Positions 8,558 through 17,848 are shown, counted from the first letter of the stretch. The stretch is 64,000 nt of DNA from Bdellovibrio sp. (GCA_025359945.1 JANYDD010000061.1:25151-89150); one strand, 5' to 3'. Made by a program: numbers and translations. The notes: a model not told the origin generated them from the sequence alone.

Positions 8558-9217
8558 ATGAAAATCAATAATACGCCATTGCCAATGAAGCCCAAGATGA
8601 CGTCCGAGCAGGCCGATCAAAGACTTAAAGACGTGGCGTCGCTGTATGAAAAGCAGTTTTTGCGCGAGCTTGTGAAATCTATGCGGACCACGGTTACCGA
8701 AAGTGGACTGGTTAAAACCAATCCCGCCGAAAAAATGTATCGCGAAAATTTGGATCAAGACTACGTCGAAAAGTGGGGCGACAAAGGCGGCATCGGACTT
8801 TCTAAAATTATCTACGATCAGTTGTTGCAAAAACTGGGTCCGCAAATGGGAATCAAAGCCGCTGAAGGGCCAGCACCCAAGGGGCCTTTTCCGGTCCACC
8901 CTGATCACCCTTTGAAAATTAATACGCTTCCCAGTGAAAATCCGAAGCAAAAGAATTTACTCATTGAAAGCCCCGCGGGTGGACCCCGAGCAGAAGTGTT
9001 GGCGCCCTGGAATAGCCGTGTAACCTTTGCCCAGAAAATAAATCCTACTGAAACTTTGCTTCGGCTTCAGCACGACAATGGATTTAAAAGCCAAATTTTA
9101 GGCGCCTTTGAAGATCAAGAGATCAAGCCTGATTATTTGGCGGGTGAGAAGATTACAAACCTTAAGGATGGGCAGAATAAAATTATCTGGACTGTCGAAT
9201 CAACAGACACTGTTTAA
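8558..9217 (+). CDS. flgJ: Rod-binding protein (FlgJ N-terminal-domain type, no muramidase domain)
   Basis: LYEKQFLRELVKSMR rod-binding motif near the N-terminus. The remaining ~150 aa show no glucosaminidase or lysozyme motif I can recognise. The start is uncertain because the RBS is weak. Confidence 0.7.
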   Translation: MKINNTPLPMKPKMTSEQADQRLKDVASLYEKQFLRELVKSMRTTVTESGLVKTNPAEKMYRENLDQDYVEKWGDKGGIGLSKIIYDQLLQKLGPQMGIKAAEGPAPKGPFPVHPDHPLKINTLPSENPKQKNLLIESPAGGPRAEVLAPWNSRVTFAQKINPTETLLRLQHDNGFKSQILGAFEDQEIKPDYLAGEKITNLKDGQNKIIWTVESTDTV

Positions 9218-9355
9218 GGGTTCAGGACCTTGGCCCGTTTTCTTAAGGCTTAGAGCCATTATCCGCAGAACTAAGATTTTTAAGACCTGGTCCAAAAAAA
9301 AAAAATTAAAGAAATCTGTTGTCTCAGTATGATACACTGACCCTGGAGGCCTGCT

Positions 9356-9682
9356 ATGAAAATTACACACAATAAAGTTGGACAAAATTTAAATTTAACG
9401 GATTCAGGAAAAGCTGAAAAATCCAAAAAAGTCGACAGCCCAGCAGCATCAATTGAAAACTTAAAGTCACTTCCTGAAGAGGCCTCGACGGAATCTTCAA
9501 AAGTGAATTTGTCCCAGCGTTCACAAGATATTCGTAAGGCCAAAGAAATCGCACAGAAAACTCCAGACGTGCGTGCCGATCGTGTGCTTGAGCTTCAGAA
9601 GAGAATCGATGAAGGCACCTACTTGGTAGATGCAAAAGATATTGCCGACAAAATGGTGGATGAAGAACTTCAATGGTCATAG
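9356..9682 (+). CDS. flgM: Anti-sigma-28 factor FlgM
   Basis: 108 aa. The C-terminal RADRVLELQKRIDEGTYLVDAKDIADKMVDE is typical of FlgM. Confidence 0.8.
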   Translation: MKITHNKVGQNLNLTDSGKAEKSKKVDSPAASIENLKSLPEEASTESSKVNLSQRSQDIRKAKEIAQKTPDVRADRVLELQKRIDEGTYLVDAKDIADKMVDEELQWS

Positions 9683-9705
9683 TTTAAAAGCGGGCGTGAA
9701 GTTTC

Positions 9706-10233
9706 ATGGATGAAACTCAAATTAAAAAAATTCAAATTGATTACGACCTACTTTTATCTTCGTTGGAAGAGCTTGAGATTATTTACCAACATCTTTTGGC
9801 ATTGCTTTTGGAAGAGAAAAAAACTTTGGTCGCGGCGCAAATTGATCAACTGCAAAGCTTGAATCAAAAAAAAGAAAACCTACTTATTGCTATCAAAAAA
9901 ATTGAAGTCGAGCGCGAGAAACAGGCTGCGAAACTAGGTCGAACCTTGGGGTTGAAAAAAAGTTCACCGCGTTTGCTAGAGCTTGCCGGTCTGCTTTCTC
10001 CGGAACGATCAAAAATTTTTAAAAGCTTCCATCAGAAACTGGACACCATGGTGCGAGAAGTTTCAGATATCAATCGCGAAAATGAAAAATACGTTCTTTC
10101 CGCTTTGTATATATTAAAAGGCTCGATGGGAGAAATCAAAGATACGTTGACCGGGCAAAAAACCTACCACCGTAAAGGGCAACTGAAACAAGGTCCCGAC
10201 AACTCTGGCCATTTGGTCAGTCGAGAGGCTTAG
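9706..10233 (+). CDS. flgN: Flagellar export chaperone FlgN-like protein
   Basis: 175-aa helical, coiled-coil-like protein in the canonical flgM-flgN-flgK position. The call rests mainly on context. Confidence 0.55.
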   Translation: MDETQIKKIQIDYDLLLSSLEELEIIYQHLLALLLEEKKTLVAAQIDQLQSLNQKKENLLIAIKKIEVEREKQAAKLGRTLGLKKSSPRLLELAGLLSPERSKIFKSFHQKLDTMVREVSDINRENEKYVLSALYILKGSMGEIKDTLTGQKTYHRKGQLKQGPDNSGHLVSREA

Positions 10234-10241
10234 AGGGATTT

Positions 10242-11651
10242 ATGGCAAAAATCGGCTCGATGATGGACATGGGTAAGCGATCGATGATGAACAGCCAGAC
10301 GGCTCTTCAAACGGTTGCACATAATATTGCCAATCGCACCACCGAGGGATACACCAGACAACGCGTGGACCAAGTCACCAACGTGCCAATACAGGAAGGC
10401 CGTTTGCAAATTGGTCAAGGCGCCCGGGCTGCGCAGATCAGCAGGATTAATAATTCTTTCGTGGATTCTCAGGTGCAAAAAGAGTCCTCGCAAATGTCGT
10501 ATTTGAATTCCCAGACTGAACACATTGGTCAAGTCGAACAGGTTTTCAACGAACAACAAAATAAAGGTTTGAATCAATACATCAGCGATTTTTTTAATTC
10601 CTTCCGAGAACTTTCAAACAATCCCGAAAGTGTGACAACACGGACGATGGTGAAAGAATCTACGATTGCAATGATCAAAGATTTTAAACGGATCAACACC
10701 GAGCTTGGCAAAGTGCAGGCAGGGGTCGACGACAAAATTCGAAGCCAAGCCGAAGAAATTAATGGCATGGCCCAAGAGGTCGCCACACTGAACGATAAAA
10801 TCGTGCAAGTTGAACTTCAGGGAATTCCCGCTAACGACCAACGAGACCGTCGCGATTTATTAGTTAAAAAATTAAATGAAAAAATAGATATTAAGGTGGC
10901 CGAAGGTGACAAGGGCGCGATCACGATTTCGACGGCGGGCGATGCGATTTTAGTTTCAGGCTTTGATGCGATGAAACTTCGCACTTATCGCGATGGAAAT
11001 ACGGGCCGGATGAACTTATTCTATCAGCAAAGCGAAGACCACCCCCCGGTTGAAATCACCAACAGAATCAGGGGCGGCGATCTAGGCGGAGCCATTCAAG
11101 TGCGTGATCAGTTAGTCCCGCAAATGAAGCGTAAGATGGACGAACTGGCTTTGCACATTCAAGAGGAAGTGAATAAAGCTCATTTAAATGGGTTTGATCG
11201 CTTGGGGCGCGAGGCCTCGTTTTTCTTCGAACCTCTATCAACTGCAGAGGATGCTTCTAGCCATTTAAATCTAAGCCAAATGATCAACGACGACGTCAAT
11301 CGCATCGCATCGGCTGCACAGCCAGGGTCGCCGGGCGATAATACCGTGGCCAACGTGATCTCGATGGTTCAGTACAAAGAATTAATGGATAACGGCACCA
11401 GCACGATGGATGATTTTTACAAATCGCAAGTGGGACAAATTGGCGTCATTGCCAGCCGAGCGATAAAGTCAAAAGAGGCTCAGGAAGGTATTCTTCAGCA
11501 AGCCAATAACTTGCGCGAAAGTATCAGCGGGGTCAGCCTGGATGAAGAGGCCACCAAAATGATCGAGTACCAAAAAGCGTTCGATGCCTCGGCAAGACTA
11601 ATTAAGACCGCCGACGAAATGTTTGATACCGTACTTAACTTAAAAAGGTAG
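10242..11651 (+). CDS. flgK: Flagellar hook-associated protein 1 FlgK
   Basis: N-terminal ALQTVAHNIANRTTEGYTRQ and C-terminal GVSLDEEATKMIEYQKAFDASARLIKTADEMFDTVLNL. Confidence 0.9.
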   Translation: MAKIGSMMDMGKRSMMNSQTALQTVAHNIANRTTEGYTRQRVDQVTNVPIQEGRLQIGQGARAAQISRINNSFVDSQVQKESSQMSYLNSQTEHIGQVEQVFNEQQNKGLNQYISDFFNSFRELSNNPESVTTRTMVKESTIAMIKDFKRINTELGKVQAGVDDKIRSQAEEINGMAQEVATLNDKIVQVELQGIPANDQRDRRDLLVKKLNEKIDIKVAEGDKGAITISTAGDAILVSGFDAMKLRTYRDGNTGRMNLFYQQSEDHPPVEITNRIRGGDLGGAIQVRDQLVPQMKRKMDELALHIQEEVNKAHLNGFDRLGREASFFFEPLSTAEDASSHLNLSQMINDDVNRIASAAQPGSPGDNTVANVISMVQYKELMDNGTSTMDDFYKSQVGQIGVIASRAIKSKEAQEGILQQANNLRESISGVSLDEEATKMIEYQKAFDASARLIKTADEMFDTVLNLKR

Positions 11652-11662
11652 TGAGTTAGTTT

Positions 11663-12745
11663 ATGCGTGTGACTGAAAAAATGGGTTTTAACCAAGCCCA
11701 AACCAACATTCAGAAAAATCGCACCGAGATGGTGGACTTGCAAACTCAAGCTTCAACGCAGAAGCGAGTGACAAAACCATCTGATGATCCCGTAGCCGCC
11801 ACAAAAGTTTTGGGCGCACGAAGCGATCAAAGATCTCACAGCCAGTTTGTGAAAAACATCGACGTTGCCAAATCGTTTTTGGAATTTACCGATCAGTCGA
11901 TGTCCGAACTGTCGGAAGTTTTAATGCGCCTAAAAGAATTAGCCGTTCAGCAAGCCAATGATCCTGGAACTAGCGAGCAAACCAGGCGCGTAGTGGCAGA
12001 AGAAGTGATGCAGTCTTTTAATCAGCTGATCCAGATCGGCAATCGCAAACTGGGCGATCGATATATTTTCGGCGGATACAAAACCACCAGTTCGCCTTTC
12101 GACCTTGAGGGAAATTACAAAGGCGATGATGGCGACATTCGTATTCACATCAACAAGGACGCATTTTTGTCGATGAACTTGCCTGGCAACCGACTTTTTC
12201 TTGGCGAAGGAGTGAGTGCTGATGGAGTGGTTCGATCCAACAACGACAATCCAAGAAGCGTGCAAGAGCTTAAAGATTACCAAGAAAAAGGTCTGGCCAA
12301 AATTGAACTTCAAAAAGAAGAAAATGAAGATTCCGTTAAGGTGCGAGGTCCTGCCAGCGTGGGTCGAAATGAAAAAGTTTTTAGTTCGGACGTCGAAGAA
12401 AAATCCGGCGGTATCAATATTCTTCAAGGCGTAAAAGATTTTGAAATTGCTCTTCGCGTGAATGATAAATCTGTGATTCAAGATTCGATCGACAAAATGG
12501 ATTTCGCCATTGCACAAGTCGTGCAGTCTAGAGCTCAGGTGGGATCGCGGCTTCAGGCCGTCAACCATTTGCAAGAATCTTTGCAGAAGGCCATCGTCGA
12601 CAATAAATTAGCGGCATCGCAAGCCGAAGACGCGGATGTTTTTCAGTTGATGAGCGATATTTCAAAATCGGATGCGACTTTGAAAGCGACCTTAGAGACT
12701 TCGGGTCGGATGGTCCAGGCAAGTCTTCTTGACTTCCTGAAGTAG
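11663..12745 (+). CDS. flgL: Flagellar hook-associated protein 3 FlgL
   Basis: Flagellin-N-like QKRVTKPSDDPVAATK and a flagellin-C-like C-terminus. It follows flgK. Confidence 0.85.
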   Translation: MRVTEKMGFNQAQTNIQKNRTEMVDLQTQASTQKRVTKPSDDPVAATKVLGARSDQRSHSQFVKNIDVAKSFLEFTDQSMSELSEVLMRLKELAVQQANDPGTSEQTRRVVAEEVMQSFNQLIQIGNRKLGDRYIFGGYKTTSSPFDLEGNYKGDDGDIRIHINKDAFLSMNLPGNRLFLGEGVSADGVVRSNNDNPRSVQELKDYQEKGLAKIELQKEENEDSVKVRGPASVGRNEKVFSSDVEEKSGGINILQGVKDFEIALRVNDKSVIQDSIDKMDFAIAQVVQSRAQVGSRLQAVNHLQESLQKAIVDNKLAASQAEDADVFQLMSDISKSDATLKATLETSGRMVQASLLDFLK

Positions 12746-12755
12746 AAAATATAAT

Positions 12756-12782
12756 TACAGTTCCATTTCCAATTGCCGATAG
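12756..12782 (+). promoter_or_regulatory. Candidate sigma-28 (FliA)-type promoter upstream of csrA
   Basis: TACA-N15-GCCGATAG compared with the consensus TAAA-N15-GCCGATAA (3/4 and 7/8 matches). It lies in the flgL-csrA spacer. Confidence 0.4.
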
Positions 12783-12843
12783 AACTGAGGTTCGCACGTT
12801 AGTTCTATCGTGAATTTGCACAGCGCATTTTTTAGGAGTAATT

Positions 12844-13071
12844 ATGCTGGTTCTTACAAGGAAGTTAGGCGAAAGCATCGCCATTGACGACCACATTAAA
12901 ATCCGAGTAGTTCAAATCAAAGGTAAGCAAGTTCGACTGGGCATTGAAGCTCCGAAAGAGACCAAAATCCATCGTGAAGAGGTTTATCTTGCGATCCAAG
13001 ACACCAATAAAGAATCCTCGACTGTTTCTTCCGAAAAAACTCGTGAAGTCTCGCGGATGTTAAAGCCCTAA
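12844..13071 (+). CDS. csrA: Carbon storage / translational regulator CsrA
   Basis: MLVLTRKLGESIAI...VRLGIEAPKETKIHREEVY is the near-invariant CsrA core. Confidence 0.92.
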   Translation: MLVLTRKLGESIAIDDHIKIRVVQIKGKQVRLGIEAPKETKIHREEVYLAIQDTNKESSTVSSEKTREVSRMLKP

Positions 13072-13155
13072 TTAACCGCATTATATTGTTGCAGTGTCAT
13101 ATTTTCAGGGGCATGCTTTAATTAACGCATTGTTAATGTTCCTAGGGGGGGCCCT

Positions 13156-13710
13156 TTGACCATTCCAGTAAGTACACAAATTAATATTCTAACCTCGCGG
13201 TTTGGACAGGTAGCGATAGAAGAATCGGATATGGTTCTGTTTAACGATGGCCTGCTGGGATTTAAAGAACTTAAAAAATTTGTTTTTTTGGATGATCCTA
13301 CGGACGATATTTTTGCGTGGCTGCAATCGTGCGAATCGCCCGAAATTGCTTTTCCTATTTTAGAGCCTGAACTTTTCCAAGATAATTTCAAAGTTGAATT
13401 AGCCAAGTCTGACTTGGAGCCTTTAAAACTTCAGTCGGCGATGGATGCTAAATTCTTTTGTGTGGTGACGATTCCAGAAGATCCAACGCTAATGACCGCA
13501 AATTTAAAAGCACCGCTGGTGGTGAATTTAAAGACCAAATGTGCAAGGCAGTGCGTCCTTCAGGATAACTCGCTTGCGATTCGTGAGCCCATCTTCTTGA
13601 AGCTTCAGCAGCGGTTTGTACAAAATCCTGCACGTCGAACCAAAGACGAAATCTCGAAGGCTGGGGTGCTTATCCCAATTCCGAGAAGAAATCCCGATCC
13701 ACAAATTTAA
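13156..13710 (+). CDS. fliW: Flagellar assembly factor FliW (CsrA antagonist)
   Basis: TTG start. TSRFGQVAIEESDMVLFNDGLLGFKELKKFVFLDD matches the FliW N-terminal pattern, and the gene is adjacent to csrA. It has a C-terminal extension relative to typical ~145-aa FliW proteins. Confidence 0.8.
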   Translation: MTIPVSTQINILTSRFGQVAIEESDMVLFNDGLLGFKELKKFVFLDDPTDDIFAWLQSCESPEIAFPILEPELFQDNFKVELAKSDLEPLKLQSAMDAKFFCVVTIPEDPTLMTANLKAPLVVNLKTKCARQCVLQDNSLAIREPIFLKLQQRFVQNPARRTKDEISKAGVLIPIPRRNPDPQI

Positions 13711-13712
13711 TC

Positions 13713-14123
13713 CTATTTCTTGGTTTTCTTATTTGAAATTTCAAGCCTATCGCCGACTTGAAAACCGATCTGATCGATCAATGGAAATTGGCTTCGCGGA
13801 AAGTTTTTGGCTTCACGTGCGATCGCCACTTTGTCGGAAACAAAAATTATTTTTAGTTGTCCAACCGGGATTAAAAGTTCGCCTAGGTTTTGCGTTCCGG
13901 TAGAATCTTTGACCATATTTTTGCGAAAGGCGGTCATCACTTCGTTTTCTTTGATGCCCGCGGATAGTCCAGCATTTAAATAATAATCGCGAATGACGGG
14001 ATCATTTTCAGACATCTGAATATTTCTTTTCACTTCGATAATTTGGAAGTTTTCGGCAGAGACTATCGTCCCCATCATTAGAATCAGGCCTAAGACGGTG
14101 GGTAAGACGGCAAGCTTTTTCAT
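13713..14123 (-). CDS. Hypothetical secreted protein
   Basis: I took the internal Met (MKKLAVLPTVLGLILMMGTIVSA) as the start because it gives a classic signal peptide. No family recognised. Confidence 0.5.
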   Translation of the reverse strand: MKKLAVLPTVLGLILMMGTIVSAENFQIIEVKRNIQMSENDPVIRDYYLNAGLSAGIKENEVMTAFRKNMVKDSTGTQNLGELLIPVGQLKIIFVSDKVAIAREAKNFPRSQFPLIDQIGFQVGDRLEISNKKTKK

Positions 14124-14316
14124 ATGACATTCCTTTGTCTTTGAAATGCCATCCTTGGAATATGATTTTACCATCCTGGTACAATCGATTCGGCAGAACT
14201 GTGTCTTTCTGAAGCTAGGTTTTGATTTCAGAGCTTTAGGCCAGGGGTCTAGGTCTAGGTTTTATTTTCTTTCGGCAGCGCTCTCGTTTGAATCATTGAT
14301 CCTAAAGATCATGATT

Positions 14317-14904
14317 TCAGTATTCAACGGGAACTGGATCTAGTGCACGCCACAAGTACCAGGTGGCGACTGATCGGTAGGGGCGCCATGACTTTGCCAA
14401 TGTTGTCAGTGCTTTTGCTGACATGGGATACTTTTTTCCGAAGTGTAGGGCTGCGGATTTTTGCAGGCCCAAATCAGCGACGGGCAAGACATCTGGTCTT
14501 AGTAAATGAAAAATTAAAAACATTTCTGCGCTCCATCGGCCGATGCCGCGCACTTTCGTAAGATCAAGGATAATTTCTTCGTCAGTCATGCTGGGCCAAG
14601 TTTCTGGATTTACTTTTCCGCTAGCGAAATGAGTAGCGAGGTCACGTACGTATGAAACCTTCTGACCTGAAAGGCCGCATTCGCGCAGCTCTTCAGGTGT
14701 TTTTTCAAGGACACTGCTTGGGTCGGTCTGGACTAAAAGTACTTGCACGCGTCTCCAAATGCTGTCTGCCGCTTTCACCGAAATTTGCTGGCCTACGATA
14801 GACCGAAGCAAGGTCTCGAATGCGTGGCCACGAGATTCCAAAATCTCGCCGTCATATCTCGAAATAAGATCCGCTAGAATAAAATCCTGGCTTAGGTGGT
14901 CCAA
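14317..14904 (-). CDS. DNA-3-methyladenine glycosylase II-like (HhH-GPD superfamily)
   Basis: HhH-GPD motif LTKVRGIGRWSAEMFLIF followed by DVLPVADLGL. Confidence 0.8.
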   Translation of the reverse strand: MDHLSQDFILADLISRYDGEILESRGHAFETLLRSIVGQQISVKAADSIWRRVQVLLVQTDPSSVLEKTPEELRECGLSGQKVSYVRDLATHFASGKVNPETWPSMTDEEIILDLTKVRGIGRWSAEMFLIFHLLRPDVLPVADLGLQKSAALHFGKKYPMSAKALTTLAKSWRPYRSVATWYLWRALDPVPVEY

Positions 14905-15076
14905 AGCCTCGGGCCAGTAGTGGCATTTAGTTTTATGAATAATGACCTCGAAGAAAAGTTTGGAGTCAGTTCTATGAAATAAGGCATGCTCTTAGTAAAG
15001 CAACTTTAACCGGCGTTGCCATGGGTGCATCGCCCCCCGGGCAGAATAAAAGCGAGGTAGTCACTAATTCCCGCGC

Positions 15077-16006
15077 TTAAAGATCAGAACTTCGAATCAA
15101 CTGGTCCAAATCCAATTTCGCTTTTGGTTTTTCGGCTTTGTATTTTTTAACTTTGCGCGAGTCTTTTTCTTTGGCCGGGCGTTTGGGCGCGGGTCGGGCG
15201 GTTAATAGTGGCGCAACGGTTGATGGCTTCGCTGCAGTCCCCGCGGTTGCTACTTTCACGGGCACGGTGGCGGTGGCTGGCGCTGGTCGCATTCTATCTA
15301 GCACTCGGTCTGCGGAAACATCATTTAGAAAAACAATCTGGCCTTTGGGTAGCGAGCCCATGTTCAGTTTGCCGATGGCAATCCTTTGAAGCTTCAATAC
15401 GTCGTAGCCAATTTTTTCGAACATCTGGCGAATCTGGCGGTTCTTGCCTTCGGTGATAATAATCTCGACCCATGAATGCTTTTTACTTTTGTGCGCGATC
15501 TTTTGCGCCAGGACCGCGGCAACTTTGCCTTCCTTGATGGTGACTCCGCGAAGAAGTTTTTGCAGATGCTCGAACTTTGGATCGCGATCAAGTTTCACTA
15601 AATATTTTTTTTGAATATTAGATTTAGGGTTCATCACTTGGTTGGCGTATTCGCCGTCGTTGGTTAAAAGTAGCATGCCCTCGGAATCCCAATCCAATCG
15701 GCCGACAGGAAAAACACGGTAAGGGACTTTGTTTAAAAAATCGGAAACTGTGGGTCGTCCCAAGGGATCGGTCAGCGTTGTCAGAACGCCTTTGGGTTTA
15801 TTCATCATCACATAAATCAGCGGGGCCTTGGATCTTAAGGGTTTGCCATCGACTAAAATTTTATCTTGATGGGGATCGACCTGCACGCCTAGTTCATAGA
15901 CGCGCTTTCCGTTGATCTGGATTCGACCTTCGGTGATTAATTGGTCGGATTGGCGTCGCGAGGCTATCCCTCGTTCCGATAGCACTTTGTTCAATCGAGT
16001 TTTCAT
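15077..16006 (-). CDS. rluB: 23S rRNA pseudouridine synthase RluB-type
   Basis: S4 domain (RLNKVLSERGIASRRQSDQLITEGRIQING), a catalytic VGRLDWDSEGMLLLTNDG, and a Lys/Ala/Pro-rich tail. Confidence 0.85.
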   Translation of the reverse strand: MKTRLNKVLSERGIASRRQSDQLITEGRIQINGKRVYELGVQVDPHQDKILVDGKPLRSKAPLIYVMMNKPKGVLTTLTDPLGRPTVSDFLNKVPYRVFPVGRLDWDSEGMLLLTNDGEYANQVMNPKSNIQKKYLVKLDRDPKFEHLQKLLRGVTIKEGKVAAVLAQKIAHKSKKHSWVEIIITEGKNRQIRQMFEKIGYDVLKLQRIAIGKLNMGSLPKGQIVFLNDVSADRVLDRMRPAPATATVPVKVATAGTAAKPSTVAPLLTARPAPKRPAKEKDSRKVKKYKAEKPKAKLDLDQLIRSSDL

Positions 16007-16102
16007 TTTTTTCGGATTCCTTAAGAAGAATCACGTTTATAGGCCAATCGCGTGTTGGGCACAACGCAAAAATGTTTCCGCGCGTGGATCGGGTCGAATT
16101 TT

Positions 16103-17089
16103 TCAGAAAGTTAATGCGTGTTCGCGCTCGCGGTAAGGGGGGTGAGCTGTATTTTGCAGGTCCTTTAACAGCAGGGTCAGCAACTTATCGCCCACAAACA
16201 CGTATTCCAGTGCGCTTTGAACCTTGGCGATCACGTCCGAGCTATTTTGCAGAGCCTGGGTGTCGCCCACTTTGATCATCTGAATGCATTTTTCCACCAT
16301 GTGGGTCAGCTCGTGATAAAAAGGATTGGTGTCTTTTTTGATAAAAAAGTGTTCGCAGCGTTTCAGTGTGTAGAACAATTTTTGAAATGAAAAAAGTTGA
16401 TCCTGTTTCATTTCGTACAGCTTTTGAAAAATATATCCACGTACAATTCCGCCGGAAATTAAACCGGCGTGCATTTTAAAACGTGCGGTGACGTAAGGAG
16501 CGACCTCGACTTTCTGGGTTTGGTCTTCTTGTAAATCGAAATCGGGATTGTAGTGCACACACAAGTCGCGGCGTAAAGGCTCGAGGTGGCCTTGGCGTAT
16601 AATAAATTTTCTATCGAACACTTGTAGTTTTAATCCGCGATTGTCGTCCAGGGAGATGGCCAGCATTCGCTTGGGTAGCGGATCAAAAATAATTCTGAAT
16701 TTCTCGGTGGGTGCTCGGTTAAAAGTTAGATACGAGTTGACCGAGTCTGCAAGGTCATTCAGGTTTTCAAGCTCGAACAGTTGAATATCTTTGGGCCACT
16801 GAATTTGATTCAGATCTAATTCGGGCGTTGAATCTTGATTTTGGACCGCTAAAAAATTCTCAAGCGTTTCTTTCAGATCGTGAGTCAATTGTGATTTTTG
16901 TTGGTACCAGTGGGGATAGTCTAAACAATCGTAAATAAAATTTTGAATGGTCTCGCTGTCAAAAACTTCTTCCAAATCGTGGGAATTCTGCAGATAATTA
17001 AAAAAAGTCAGTCGCACCGGAGACATCTGGTAAGACTGCGTACTTAAAAACTGTATGATGTCATGGATCTTAATCATCTGCGTAATCAC
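16103..17089 (-). CDS. Hypothetical protein (328 aa)
   Basis: Long ORF with ordinary composition. No motif recognised. Confidence 0.55.
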   Translation of the reverse strand: MITQMIKIHDIIQFLSTQSYQMSPVRLTFFNYLQNSHDLEEVFDSETIQNFIYDCLDYPHWYQQKSQLTHDLKETLENFLAVQNQDSTPELDLNQIQWPKDIQLFELENLNDLADSVNSYLTFNRAPTEKFRIIFDPLPKRMLAISLDDNRGLKLQVFDRKFIIRQGHLEPLRRDLCVHYNPDFDLQEDQTQKVEVAPYVTARFKMHAGLISGGIVRGYIFQKLYEMKQDQLFSFQKLFYTLKRCEHFFIKKDTNPFYHELTHMVEKCIQMIKVGDTQALQNSSDVIAKVQSALEYVFVGDKLLTLLLKDLQNTAHPPYREREHALTF

Positions 17090-17127
17090 CTACGTATAGA
17101 TTAGGGTCGACCTAGGAGGGTCGTCAA

Positions 17128-17625
17128 ATGCAAAAGGAATTGAATCCAGAGCTGTTCGGGCAAATGCCGAACGAAAGCGCCACGTCTTCACGATGGGTCG
17201 AGCCTCAGGTGCCGACCAATGTAATTCCGGTCGATCAAAAAATGATTGATCTGAAAGGTGAAATCAATTTGTCCAACGAGCGGATGATGAAGCTGACAAT
17301 GCAATTGAGCGAGTTTATGAAATCATCGCAGCTGAAATTCGATCGCATCACTCAGGCATTAACAAAACTAGATCAAAGTCACCAAGCCACAAGTCTAGAA
17401 ACGTCTCAGCGTGTAGCGCACCTGAACCAAAGGCTAGGCGAGCGCAAGGGCCTGGATCAGAAAATCCAAGAAATGATGGATCGCCACAACGGTGTGCTTC
17501 GCGGTTTTGAGGTCAGACTTAATCACTTGCAAAAACTTCTTTCAGAAAAAGAAAATCAATTGGCTTCGACATTGGCTCTTTTGAATGAAACAAAAATGGA
17601 AATCGCAAGACTAAAAAGACTTTAA
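17128..17625 (+). CDS. Hypothetical coiled-coil protein (165 aa)
   Basis: ORF with an RBS (GGAGGG). Heptad-like helical sequence. Divergent from the 16103..17089 gene. Confidence 0.5.
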   Translation: MQKELNPELFGQMPNESATSSRWVEPQVPTNVIPVDQKMIDLKGEINLSNERMMKLTMQLSEFMKSSQLKFDRITQALTKLDQSHQATSLETSQRVAHLNQRLGERKGLDQKIQEMMDRHNGVLRGFEVRLNHLQKLLSEKENQLASTLALLNETKMEIARLKRL

Positions 17626-17848
17626 AATTTCGCGCGAATTGCCATATTCGCGAACGGCGCTAAACTGTGATCTGTCGGAAAGGGTCGCCAAATAAAGGAC
17701 CGTAGCTTAAAGCGACGATTCACGATTTAATCGCATTGCGAATGCCCTGACAGTCATAAAGGTTTACGGATAAACGCGAAACTAATGAATTTTGAATGAA
17801 GCCATATCAGTAAAAGTCGTTTCTTAAACTAAGCACAGAGGATCGAAG

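Noticed and set aside
8251-8571. The 106-aa ORF overlapping the flgI stop, considered as a real flagellar CDS.
   Set aside because: There is no recognisable family and the C-terminus is odd (Phe/Gly/Trp-rich, encoded by T-runs and GGCC repeats). It also overlaps the next gene. I kept it as an open question in the findings instead of annotating it.
9218-9355. Sigma-54-like (TGGCCCgttttCTTA) and sigma-28-like (TAAAG-N17-TATGATAC) matches upstream of flgM.
   Set aside because: Both deviate at the critical positions: there is no GC at -12, and only 4/8 positions match in the sigma-28 -10 element. They are too weak to report as features.
11939-12574. Long antisense ORFs inside flgL (211 aa), with similar cases inside flgI, flgK, flgJ (8483..8950), the 28591..29955 gene (29141..29584) and murD (47371..47787).
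   Set aside because: These are shadow ORFs opposite genes with strong family motifs. None has a recognisable motif of its own.
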